Below are positions 10,079 to 19,669 of a stretch of DNA of 64,000 nt, piece after piece. Origin of the DNA: Acidimicrobiia bacterium. Its GTDB lineage: Bacteria > Actinomycetota > Acidimicrobiia > IMCC26256 > PALSA-610. Where the stretch lies: NCBI GenBank assembly GCA_027494135.1, contig JAOSJK010000012.1, positions 546,795-610,794 on the forward strand, written 5' to 3'. The notes under the pieces were generated by a model. It ran no database searches, was not told where the DNA came from, and worked only from the letters and a program-made list of their open reading frames with translations. Both the position numbers and the translations under genes were made by a program. Within the stretch, counting starts at the first letter, position 1. Each line of letters opens with the position of its first letter.

Positions 10079-12175
10079 ATGGGGGGCACCGACGCGGCGC
10101 GGCCGCACACCAACCGGTCGCGCAATCGGCGTCGCACATCGACTCCCTCCCGCAGGCGCTCGCCGGCACCGCCCCCCCAAGACCTCCAGAGGATCGCCGG
10201 GCGTGCCCTGAGATGGTTCGGCTACGCGCTGCTGGCGCTCCTATTCCTCTCGGTGCTGGAGCGCCTCTCCTACTCGGGGCGCATACTCCCGGGCATCAGC
10301 GTCGACGGTGTCAGCGTGGCGGCCGAGGGAGAGAGATCCGCCTACGCCGAGATCGCGGACCTCGCCCGCGACCTCGAGAGGAGCCCGATCGAGGCCCGCG
10401 CGGGCGAGACCGACCTCTCGGCGGATCCCACCACCTTCGACCTCCAGGTCGACGAGGTCGCCACGCTCCGGGCGGCGCGACGGGCCGGCCGTAGCCGCAA
10501 CCCACTGGAGCAGATGGCGGGGACCGTGCTGAGGCGCTTCCGCTCGGACCGGGTGCCACTCACCGTCTCGTACGACGAGCGGGGCATCGAGGGTGTCCTC
10601 GACGGCTGGATCAGCGAGACCTCTGCCGGAGTCGGCGAGGGGGGGCTCCGCTTCGAAGGGACCACCGTCGTCGCGGTCGAGCCCAAGTCGGGGGTCGGCA
10701 TCAGGCGCGACCAGGCCCGCGAGATGATCGACGCACTCCTCCGAAGCCCTTCGCGAAGGCGCCTCGACCTGCCCGTCGGCCGGATCGAGCCGCGCCTCGA
10801 CGCCGCGGCCGTGGATCTCGCCGCAGACGAGGCGCGGGAGATCCTGGCGGAGCCCTACGTGGTAGTCGCCGACGGGACCACGATCACGATCACCCCGGAG
10901 CAGGTCGTCACTTCGCTGGAGACGGAGATAGACGACGATCGACTCGTCCTCCGCGTGAACCCACTCACGCTCGCTCAGTCGCTCGGCGACAGCGTCGACT
11001 CGTTCGCACAGGCCGCCGTGGACGCGCGATTCGAGGTGGGCTCCGACGGCACCGTCTCGGTTGTGCCGTCACAGACCGGGCGTTCGCTCGACTTCGCGAA
11101 GATCGCCGAGGAGATCGTCCGAGTCAATCGGCGCATCGATGCACCACTCGTCGACGTGGAACCCGAGCGCGACACCCAGTGGGCGGAATCGCTCGGAATC
11201 GAGCGTCAGGTGTCGTCTTTCACAACAGAGCACCCGGCGGGGCAGTCCCGCGTCACGAACATCCACAGGGCGGCGGACCTACTCAACAACTGGGTCATCG
11301 AGCCCGGCGAGGTCTTCTCCTTGAATGAAGCAGTCGGACCCCGCACCGCCGAACGCGGATTCGTCACGGCACCCGTCATCTACGGCGAGTTCACCGAGGA
11401 CTACGGCGGCGGCGTGAGCCAGCTCGCAACGACGTTCTTCAACGCGGTCTTCTACGGCGGCTACGAGGACGTGACGCACAAGCCGCACTCCGTCTACATA
11501 TCGCGATATCCGATGGTGGTCGAGGCGACGGTCAGCTACCCGAACCTGGACCTGAAGTTCCGCAACGACACCGAAGCCGGGATCCTCGTACGCACCGGGT
11601 ACACGGAGTCGGCGATAACGGTCACCTTCTACGGAGACACGCAGGGGCGCACCGTCACGAAGGAGGGCCCGAACATCCTCGAGGAGCGCGCCATCGAGAC
11701 AGAGTACGTCGACTGGCCGATGCTCCCCGTCGGCGAGGAAGACGAGATCGACAGCGGGCACACCGGCTACACGGCGGAGGTGTTCCGGATCATCAAACGC
11801 CCCGGGCAGGAGCCCGAGCGTCAGCGGTTCGTCTGGAGCTACCGCATGCTCCCCCGCAAGATCCTGCGCGGGACGATGCAACCGACCACTACGACGAGCA
11901 CCACGGACCCGACGAGCAGCACGACCAGGGGGACCCGGCCTCCCACCACCACCGCCTCGGGGCCGGCGACGACCTCCCCGGCCACGACGACCCCCGGTAC
12001 GACGGCTCCGCCCCCTGACCCCCCTCCGCCGTCGCACCGCCCCGGCTCTCGCCCTCGTCGAGACGGCGCTCAAGTGGCCCGGATGAACGGGCCGATACAC
12101 CCCGTAGGCGCCGTCACCGTCACCGACGTCGCCGCCACCGCCCATCACCGACCCGGGGTCGCATGCGTCAGGTAA
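10079..12175 (+). CDS. VanW-family protein with an N-terminal TM anchor and a Thr/Pro-rich C-terminal tail
   Basis: ATG at 10079 within ORF 9815..12175. The VanW core shows GEVFSLNEAVGPRT, GGGVSQLATTFFNA and YPNLDLKFRND. The last ~60 codons are low-complexity, so the 3' end is uncertain. Confidence 0.8.
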   Translation: MGGTDAARPHTNRSRNRRRTSTPSRRRSPAPPPQDLQRIAGRALRWFGYALLALLFLSVLERLSYSGRILPGISVDGVSVAAEGERSAYAEIADLARDLERSPIEARAGETDLSADPTTFDLQVDEVATLRAARRAGRSRNPLEQMAGTVLRRFRSDRVPLTVSYDERGIEGVLDGWISETSAGVGEGGLRFEGTTVVAVEPKSGVGIRRDQAREMIDALLRSPSRRRLDLPVGRIEPRLDAAAVDLAADEAREILAEPYVVVADGTTITITPEQVVTSLETEIDDDRLVLRVNPLTLAQSLGDSVDSFAQAAVDARFEVGSDGTVSVVPSQTGRSLDFAKIAEEIVRVNRRIDAPLVDVEPERDTQWAESLGIERQVSSFTTEHPAGQSRVTNIHRAADLLNNWVIEPGEVFSLNEAVGPRTAERGFVTAPVIYGEFTEDYGGGVSQLATTFFNAVFYGGYEDVTHKPHSVYISRYPMVVEATVSYPNLDLKFRNDTEAGILVRTGYTESAITVTFYGDTQGRTVTKEGPNILEERAIETEYVDWPMLPVGEEDEIDSGHTGYTAEVFRIIKRPGQEPERQRFVWSYRMLPRKILRGTMQPTTTTSTTDPTSSTTRGTRPPTTTASGPATTSPATTTPGTTAPPPDPPPPSHRPGSRPRRDGAQVARMNGPIHPVGAVTVTDVAATAHHRPGVACVR

Positions 12176-13561
12176 GTCCTCGTCCGTGGAGCCGACGATC
12201 TCGTAGCCTCCCACGTAGAGCGACATTCGCCCTGGCCGTCGTCACGCTCAGCGCGACCCTGGCTGCCCTGCCCACCTCCGAGCGACCGGCCTCGGCCGGC
12301 ACGACCGTCGTCGACGCCCGGCTGTACGCGCCCACCAGCAAGACCCCGTCGGTCCGTGTCGCCGGGATCGGCATACACCCGGATGGTCGCGGCTACTGGC
12401 TCGCCGCCGCCGACGGCAGAGTCCTCAGCTTCGGCTCGGCGGTCCACAGTGGTCCCACCTCGAAGATGCGGAGTCGCGGCCGCGTCGTCGATATCACGCA
12501 CACGCCGAAGGGCAACGGCTACTGGCTCGCGACGTCGACCGGCAAGGTCCGAGCCTACGGAACGGCACGCAGCTACGGGAGCGTCGCCACCACCGACCTC
12601 GACGCGCCGATCGTGGCGATCGCCGCGACTCCGACCGGCAGGGGCTACTGGCTCGCAGGCCGCGACGGCGGTGTCTTCGCGCTCGGCGACGCACGGTTCC
12701 ACGGGTCGGCCCGCAGCCTCGGCGTGCAGACACGGATCGTCGGGATCGCTCCGAGTCGGAGAGGTGGTGGCTATTACCTCGCATCCGCCGACGGCGGCGT
12801 CTACGCCTTCGGCGACGCGCGCTTCCACGGCTCCGCGACGCGCTACAAGCCCGACTCCTCGGTGACCTCGATCGCACTCAGTCGTACCGGGCGCGGCTAC
12901 TGGCTGGCGACTCGCAACGGCAGCGTCTTCGCGTTCGGCGACGCCCCGTACCTCGGCGGTCTCGGAGGTCGCTGCCCCGACGTCCCCGTCGCAGCGATAT
13001 CAGGCGGCCCCTTGGTCCGGGGCTACTGGATCTCGCTCACGAACGGCGGGGCCTTCGCCTTCGCTCCGGGCAACGGCGGAAAAGGGAGGTGCGGCGGCAC
13101 CCGCACACAACGCGCAGCGCGCGACATCTTCATGCAGGCAGATGCAGAGCGCGCCGCCCGGGGCCTGCCCGCGCTCACGTGGGACGCTCGACTCGCGCGG
13201 CACGCACGTTCATGGAGCAACGAGATGGCCCGAAGCGGGTTCCGGCACAGCGACCTCACACCTCTCATCGCCGGCTCTCCCCCGGTTCAACTCGGTAGCG
13301 GAGAACATCGCCTCAGGTCGCGGCCCCGGGGTCACCTCGGCCACGATGCACGCCATGTGGCTGCGCTCCGACGGGCACCGCGCGAACATGCTCCACCCCG
13401 GCCTCGAGGCAATGGGCGTCGGAGTCGTATGCGGTCCGGACGGAACCCTCTGGGCCACTCAGAACCTCGGCCGGTACTACACGTCGGGTCCCGGCCCAGG
13501 GTCGACGACGCCACCCGCGGGAAACCAGTCGTCGTACGCAGGCAGACCCGTCTCCTGCTGA
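12163..13561 (+). pseudogene. Secreted six-blade repeat protein fused to a CAP/SCP/PR1-like domain; one frame break
   Basis: It has a signal-like N-terminus and six ~40-aa repeats (GYWLxxxDGxVFAFGDAxFHGS). The CAP domain is split between ORF 12163..13707 and ORF 13142..13561 at the C5 run 13279-13283. Confidence 0.7.
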
Positions 13562-13622
13562 GGGATAGCCCCCGGAGCTCGCTGAAGGTGCCGGTGCTGC
13601 GGCCTCGGGTCAGCCACGCTGC

Positions 13623-14081
13623 TCAGCCGCGCTGCACCTCGATCCGCGACACCTCCCCCCGCGTGGTGTCGAGCGGCATCCGAACCTCGAGAATCCCGTC
13701 CTTGTAGGTGGCCTTCACGTCGCTCTCGTCGGCGTCGGGCGGGAGCTGCACCACGCGGGAGAACCTGCCGTAGCGGAACTCGCTGCGATAGCGACCCTTC
13801 TCCTCGCTCTTCGTCTCTTCGCGCCGCTCGACGTCGAGCTCTAGCGTGTGGTTCCTCACGTGGATCCGGACGTCCTTGTCGGGGTCGATCCCGGGCATCT
13901 CCGCGCGGACGACCAGCTCGTCGCCCTCCACCTGCTCCTCGACCCTCATCCCCGACTCGACCTCGTCCCAGTGCAGCAGCGACGGCCAACCGCGGGGCCT
14001 GTCGAAGAGCCTCCCCAGCAGAGGTTCCAGCCAGTCGGACCTGCTCTTCTCGATCGACGACTCGCTCATGTCAACTCCCAT
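13623..14081 (-). CDS. Hsp20/alpha-crystallin small heat-shock protein
   Basis: Intact 152 aa with an alpha-crystallin domain (VRAEMPGIDPDKDVRIHV..., ATYKDGILEVRMP). An alternative ATG at 14069 has a GGGAG RBS. Confidence 0.9.
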   Translation of the reverse strand: MGVDMSESSIEKSRSDWLEPLLGRLFDRPRGWPSLLHWDEVESGMRVEEQVEGDELVVRAEMPGIDPDKDVRIHVRNHTLELDVERREETKSEEKGRYRSEFRYGRFSRVVQLPPDADESDVKATYKDGILEVRMPLDTTRGEVSRIEVQRG

Positions 14082-14187
14082 CTACCCACTCCCGGCCCGG
14101 CGCTCCGAGCCCGAACACTCACTCTTCTCTGCCCCGACGATCGCGCCACTCGCCGATCGGAGAAAGTGCCCTTCGCGCAGCGGGCCG

Positions 14188-14202
14188 GGGACCAATGTCA
14201 CC
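14188..14202 (+). promoter_or_regulatory. GGG-N6-GTCACC box A (DosR-box-like)
   Basis: Sequence GGGACCAATGTCACC. It sits in the 260-bp divergent region between hsp20 (start 14081) and the Zn-ribbon ORF (start 14342). Confidence 0.5.
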
Positions 14203-14341
14203 CGAGGCCGACTCTCTCCGGTGCGCCGTGTCCTCCGCGGCCCAGCCCCCTCAGGCGGCACCGGACCGCCCATTCGGGGCGTTCGGCCCTGTGCAGGCCC
14301 AAGGCGCCGCAGGTACGTTCTATACGACCAGGGAGGTCTGC

Positions 14342-14620
14342 ATGAGCACCATCCCGAACGCGCGGCCGGTTAGCGCTCCGAGGCTGGGGACGCTGGTGCG
14401 CTGTCCCGAGTGCCACTCCACGGAGCTCGAGGTCGTGCTCGACGGCTGCAACGTCAACTTCTACTGCGCCTCGTGCATCCGGTGCTGGCACATCGAGCTC
14501 AACCGGGTCGTGAGGATCGACCCGGCGACCTGCTACGGGTGCGCGCACGTCAATGAGTGCTCTGCGCGATTCGCGTCGGACCACCGGGCCGAGATCGAGT
14601 CATCGCCGGTCGGCGCGTAG
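14342..14620 (+). CDS. Small Cys-rich (zinc-ribbon-like) hypothetical protein
   Basis: ATG at 14342 is preceded by a GGGAGG RBS. The 92-aa product has CPEC...CASCIRC...CYGC...C motifs. The ORF-track start at 14195 lies in junk sequence. Confidence 0.6.
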   Translation: MSTIPNARPVSAPRLGTLVRCPECHSTELEVVLDGCNVNFYCASCIRCWHIELNRVVRIDPATCYGCAHVNECSARFASDHRAEIESSPVGA

Positions 14621-14685
14621 GGGATCCCCACCGCATACCTCGTTCGCCGTGGTTCCGCTCGGGGTGTTGCGTCACGCCCGGCGCG

Positions 14686-15466
14686 TCATGCAGGGGTCGG
14701 CACCTCCACGACCGGCAACAGCAGCACGGGCACCGGGGACGAGGAGAGAAGCGCACGCACGACGAGTGCGCGTCCGGGCGCCAGATCGCGACCCCATCCG
14801 ACGGCCACGAGATCCGCGTGCACCTCTGGAGACGACATCACGCACAACCTCGGCGGGGTTGCCGACCCTCAGCTCAAGCCTCAGCCCCTCGCTCTCGACG
14901 GGGGAGAACCTGTCGAGGAACTCCTCGGTCCACACCTCGGTGTCGTAGACCGCCGAGTCGCTGAATGCGGGCAGCGAGGACGTCTCGAAGACGTGCAGGC
15001 CGATCAGCTCGGGACCGTCGAGCGCCACAACGGGACCCAGCAGAGCCCGCAGCGCGCGGGTCGTCGAACCGCGGCCGTCGAGAGGTACCAGGACGCGCTC
15101 GACCGGGTCGACCTGTGTCACGGCCGGCGACACCACCAGGACCGGCTTGTCGACCGCCCGGATCAGCTCGAGAGCGACGTGCCCGGCCGGCTGCGGCCCC
15201 GTAGGCAGGCCACGGCAGCCCACCGCCACCGCGACGACGTCGGCATCAGTCGATGCCTCGACGATGCACGCGGTGGGATCGCCCTTCATCGCGCGGAGGG
15301 GTAGGCCCGCTACACCCGCCACCCCACCAGCCGTCTCTCCCGACCCGTTCTCGTGTACGTGGAGCGCGACGACATCGGCATCCAGAAGGAGCGCGAGGTC
15401 CCCGGCCGCATTGGCGACGCAGCGCGCCGCCGCCGAGTCGTCCAGAGCCGCCAACACGATGGCCAT
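14686..15466 (-). pseudogene. Tandem universal stress protein (2x USP domain); one frame break near the 3' end
   Basis: ATG at 15466 (MAIVLAALDDS...). After ...GNPAEVVRDVVS, a shift near 14833 restores EVHADLVAVGWGRDLAPGRALVVRALLSSSPVPVLLLPV with a stop at 14686. Confidence 0.8.
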
Positions 15467-15468
15467 CG

Positions 15469-18400
15469 TTACCCCTCTCTGAGCCGCGCAGCGCCGCGCG
15501 CGGCGTCGGGGAGCGCGAACTCGCTCACTCCCGCCCCCAAGTCTGCAACCTCGCCCGCGACCTCCACCCGCGCGCCTCCATCGGCGGTAAGACGGACCGA
15601 ACCGGGCTCCACGCGCACGCGAATCGCCGTGCCGCGGTAGCGGACGCGAACGTCGAGCGCGCTCCACGCCGTGGGCAGCCGAGGGTCTACAACGAGACGG
15701 TCGTCCCTCGCGCGCAGCCCGGCGAATCCGAACACGAGCGCCTGCCAGACGCTCCCCATCGCCGCGAGGTGCACGCCGCCGGCACCCGTCGCGGTCAGGT
15801 CATCGAGATCTATGCGCGCCGCGAGCCGCAGCGCCGCGACCGCGCCGTCCGTCATGCCGGCTCTAGCGAACAACGACGCGTGGACACCTGGTGACAGCGA
15901 CGAGCCGTGAGCCGTTCGCGGCTCGTAGTACTCGAGGTTCGGTACCAGCGAGTCGGGGGCCACCTCGTCGGGCACGAGGTGATGGAGCATCAAGACGTCG
16001 GCCTGCTTCACGACCTGCGAGCCCCGGACGCGCTCCCGCCCCAGCAGCAGGTCGGCCGTGATCGGTCGGCGGGGCGCAACCTCGGCGATGATCAGTGGCT
16101 CCAGGCCGTAGAAGCCTGCGAACTGCTCGTAGATGCCGGTGCGGCCGTCGTAGCCGTCGACCAGCGACTCGGCAAGATCCAGCCAGTGGCGCCGTTCGTC
16201 GCCGGACACCCCCGCACACGTTTGCGACACCTCCGCAGCGCGCCGGAGGTTCCAGCGCGCCATGACATTCGTGAACGCGCTGTCGTCGACCGGCTCGTGA
16301 TACTCGTCGGGACCGATCACCCCGTAGAGGTGCCCGGCCCCCGTGGTGTCGCGGCGGATGCGCGACGCCCAGAAGCGTGCCGTCTCTGCGAGCAGCTCGC
16401 AACCTGGGCCGGCGGCGAACTCCTCGTCACCGGTCCAGTCGATGTACAAGGCGGCCGCCCACGCCACCTGCGCCGTGATGTGCAGCTCGTCCTCTCCGGT
16501 GCGGATGGGCACCACCTGGCCCGCCCGGTCGCGTCCCGACCTGGGAGTCACGTCGTCGCCGCCGTCGGCCGACTCCCAGGGGAATCGGGCACCCGCAACG
16601 CCCGCCGCTCTCGCGGCATCGCGGGCCGTTGCAAGACGGCGGACCCGGTACTCGAGCATCGCCCGCGCCGCGCCCGGATGGGTGGCAGCGAGGAAGGGCA
16701 GGACGAAGGTGTCGGCGTCCCAGAACACGTGGCCGCGGTATGCGTGACCGGTGAGCCCACGCGCCCCGACCGCAGCCTCTCCGTGGTCGGCGGCGGAGCC
16801 CATCAGATGGAAGAGCGCGAGGCGCGTAGCTAGCTGGAGATCCTCGTCTCCCTCGATCGCGATATCGGCGCTCTCCCACCGAGCGGCCCACGCGCGACGA
16901 TGCTCCGCGAGCAGCACCTCGTAGCCGACCGACTCCGCGCGCTCGACGAGTGCGATCGACTCATCTCGCCGATCACCCCTCGCGCCCCTCGTGTACGCAA
17001 CGAACCGATCGACCGAGCCGGCGCCCCCGTCCGCTCCTCGATCGCCGCCGCGGTGACGGATTGGCGGGAGCCGCTCACCGTCATCCAGTGAACGCTCCCC
17101 TGGCTCCCCTCGGCTGCGCCGCCGCGCCCGGGAGGCACGAGCGGAGTGGAACCTTCGAGGCCCCTCCCTTCGCCGGCGGCACGCAGCACCGCCGTCCCGG
17201 GTCGCGCCAGCGACGAGAAGCGCAGGGCCGTGAATCCGCCCCTCGGGCCTTCGACCTCGTCGCCGAGCAGGCCGGCGCGCAGGTCGAGGACCCTGCGGAG
17301 CCGCTCGTCGGGCGCCAGGGCACCTGGCACCCGGTCCCAGAGTGGCGCGGCGAGGAGGTCGATCTGCGGACCGTCGCCGTCGTAGGCGCCCGCGACCAGG
17401 ACACTCGGGGTCGCCTCGTCGTGCCCGGAGGACGGGGGCGCCCGACGTTCCCATGAAGCCGTCGGCGATCGTCATCAGCGCCTCCCGTGACCTCTCACGG
17501 TTCGCGCCGACCCCGTCGACCACCATCGTCCAGCCGACTGTCTCGCCGGCCCGTGGCACCGCACGGGCTACGCGGCGCCGCACCTGATCGGCGAGGACCG
17601 CGCAGAACACGTCCGGACCTCCCGCGAGGTGGAGCACACCGTCGGGGACTCCTCTGGGCTCGACGCCGACCGAGAAGGCCGTCGCACCGCTCGCCTCCCC
17701 CACGAGCATGAGCGAGTCGCTCCCCGCCACACCCCCCCAGCGGACCGATCTCGTCCCCTGCGACGAGGACCAGTCCGGGAGCGACTCCGCGCCGCCACAG
17801 GTCTCCGAAGACGTACCGCGTGGAGTCGGACTTGTCGGTGAGCCCGATCTCCACGTGCTTCGCGTCGCTCGTCACACGCGGATCAGCGACACCTGATTCG
17901 CGCGCGCTCTGTAGAGCGAGGTCCACCACCTCCGGAAGACCTGCGAGTTCGGCGTCGCGGAGCCGCGCCTCCACCGCGGCGAGGAGCTCGTCGATGTGCG
18001 CCTTCGGTGGGTCCTCCCACTCCGGCAACGGGATGAGATCGATCTTGCGCCGGTTCAGCCGCTGGGAGACGATCGTCGCCTCGAGGCCGTGCTCCGCGAG
18101 CCTGGCCACAGTGAGTTCTGCTGCGCGGTCGAGGGCGGCCTCCTCCTCGGGCGTCGCCTCCCGCCGCTCCACGACTACCGGACCGTCGGGCCCGACCTCG
18201 AAGGTCTCCGACCCGCGGTTGAGGGCCAGTAGGAGCCGGCCCGGCCCGGTCGGTCGAGCGCAGAGCTGACCGTCGATGTTGCCGACGTGCGTGCCGCTGA
18301 CGACGACGACGTCGGCACCCAGCGAGCAGAGCTCCTCGACAAGGCCCCTGACCCGCGACGCGTCGGCGTCACGATCGGGTACCGCGGTACCGTCCCAGTC

Positions 18401-18508
18401 GAATACGACGGCCTCGAACCTCCGCTGCAACGGCGGCGGCAGGTGCAGACCCACGGCGACATCGCCCCCGGAGCCGCTCTGGAGGTACGCGGCGCCTACG
18501 GGTATCAA
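15469..18508 (-). pseudogene. HAD-phosphatase + GH65 glycoside hydrolase/phosphorylase fusion (OtsB1/Rv2006-like architecture); three frame breaks
   Basis: The HAD N-terminus (FDWDGT) is in ORF 17495..18508. GH65 is in ORF 15469..17730, with a middle piece in ORF 16830..17330. Breaks lie in the C7 run 17732-17738, G5 run 17434-17438 and C5 run 17024-17028. Confidence 0.8.
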
Positions 18509-18514
18509 GTCACC
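18500..18514 (+). promoter_or_regulatory. GGG-N6-GTCACC box E
   Basis: Sequence GGGTATCAAGTCACC. It spans the receiver stop codon (18510-18512) and the 5' end of the HAD-GH65 ORF. Confidence 0.4.
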
Positions 18515-19035
18515 CGTTCACGCGAAGGGCCGAGAGCGCCCTCGAGGCCGTCGCCGGCTCCACGGCGAGTGCCGCGCCGAGCGCCGCACGCAGTGCGCCG
18601 GCCGTGACGGGCTTGTGGATCACGTCGTCTACGCACACGTCGGGAGCGAGACGGGAGATGCTGGTCGCATGGGTCAGCGCCACGACACGCGCCGGGCGTG
18701 GGCCGCGCGAGAGGCGCCGCAGCAGGTCGACCCCGCCTGCGCCGGGGAGGAACACCTCCAGGAGGAGCAGGTCGACCCGCTCCCTCTCGAGGTGGTCGAG
18801 AGCCTGGTACACGTCGGGGGAGTCCGACGACTGCGACCCCCACGTCGAGAACGGACCGGACCGCTATCGCGGTTCCGGGATCATCGTCGACGACCAGGAC
18901 GTGGGGCGACCGGAGGGCCGATTCGACTGCGGCGGGGCCTACTCTCCGGCCTCGCAGCAGCACCGCCCCATGGCCTCCCGCCTGAGCGATCGCCAGCGCG
19001 TCTGGCGCCAGTGCATCGTTGACTCCGGTGCGCAA
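18510..19035 (-). pseudogene. Stand-alone response-regulator receiver domain protein (no output domain); one frame break
   Basis: HVLVVDDDPGTAIAVRSVLDVGVAVV is in ORF 18505..19035. It continues as SDSPDVYQALDHLERERVDLLLLEVFLPG...IHKPV in ORF 18510..18812. The break is near 18830. Confidence 0.7.
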
Positions 19036-19152
19036 AGCCCACCCCTCCCCCTGCGTGCGTCTGTCGCTCGAGGGTAGTCACGGCTCCCCTTTCCCACGGC
19101 CGCCGCATTCCGCCGTCGTCACAACCTAAGGGCGTCGGGCCCCGAGATGGCA

Positions 19153-19167
19153 GGGCCATTCGTCACC
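19153..19167 (+). promoter_or_regulatory. GGG-N6-GTCACC box D
   Basis: Sequence GGGCCATTCGTCACC. It lies 118 bp upstream of the receiver gene start (19035) and just downstream of the 21-bp hairpin. Confidence 0.45.
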
Positions 19168-19195
19168 CCTGCGCCGTCGAATGTCGCCACCCGAC

Positions 19196-19242
19196 CACGA
19201 GCGTCGATAGACCACAATATGTGTGGTCTATCGACGCTCGTG
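19196..19242. terminator. Perfect 21-bp inverted repeat with a 5-nt AT-rich loop (intrinsic-terminator-like or operator)
   Basis: Sequence CACGAGCGTCGATAGACCACA-ATATG-TGTGGTCTATCGACGCTCGTG. The repaired DUF1918 stop codon (19228-19230) lies in the right arm. There is no U-tract on either side. Confidence 0.55.
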
Positions 19243-19426
19243 CCGGTCGGGGGTCACGTGGGCGTCGGAGCCGGGGGAAGAAGATCGACTCGTGGCCGTC
19301 GTCCCAGCGGATGCGGTAGTGGACCGCTCCGCCCTCGTCGAGGACCTCGAGCACCTCGCCGCTGCGGCGGGGGTCCCCCAGGTGCGGCCCGTCGACGACG
19401 ATCTCGTCACCCGCGCTGGCATGCAT
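19228..19426 (-). pseudogene. DUF1918-domain protein (Rv0569-like); one frame break
   Basis: ATG at 19426 has a GGGAGG RBS. The product reads MHASAGDEIVVDGPHLGDPRRSGEVLEVLDEGGAVHYRIRWDDGHESIFFP. Removing one base from the G5 run 19273-19277 gives GSDAHVTPDRHERR* as the C-terminus. Confidence 0.7.
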
Positions 19427-19499
19427 GTCGGACCTCCCTAGTGCCACGGCCTCTTCATTGGCCACCCCGAGCCTCCCCGCGCGGGCGCGTCACGGCAAG

Positions 19500-19514
19500 G
19501 GGTCCAAAGTCACC
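19500..19514 (+). promoter_or_regulatory. GGG-N6-GTCACC box B
   Basis: Sequence GGGTCCAAAGTCACC. It sits in the divergent region between DUF1918 (start 19426) and the APH+AAA gene (start ~19670). Confidence 0.5.
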
Positions 19515-19669
19515 TGCGCCTCGGACGGTCGTCGGAGCGGCTCTCCGCTGCTCCACTCGCCGCGAGGACCTACCCTGGCCCGGACCACGGCCGGGGCCGC
19601 GTTCGAACGGCCGGTTGACTGCTGCCGGCGGAGAGTCGTAGGCGCGCCGGTCGGCAGGCCGCCTGAAGC

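Noticed and set aside
18510-19035. The island's response regulator as the DosR/DevR orthologue.
   Set aside because: Only a receiver domain is present. No LuxR/NarL-type helix-turn-helix is found in any frame before the stop at 18510.
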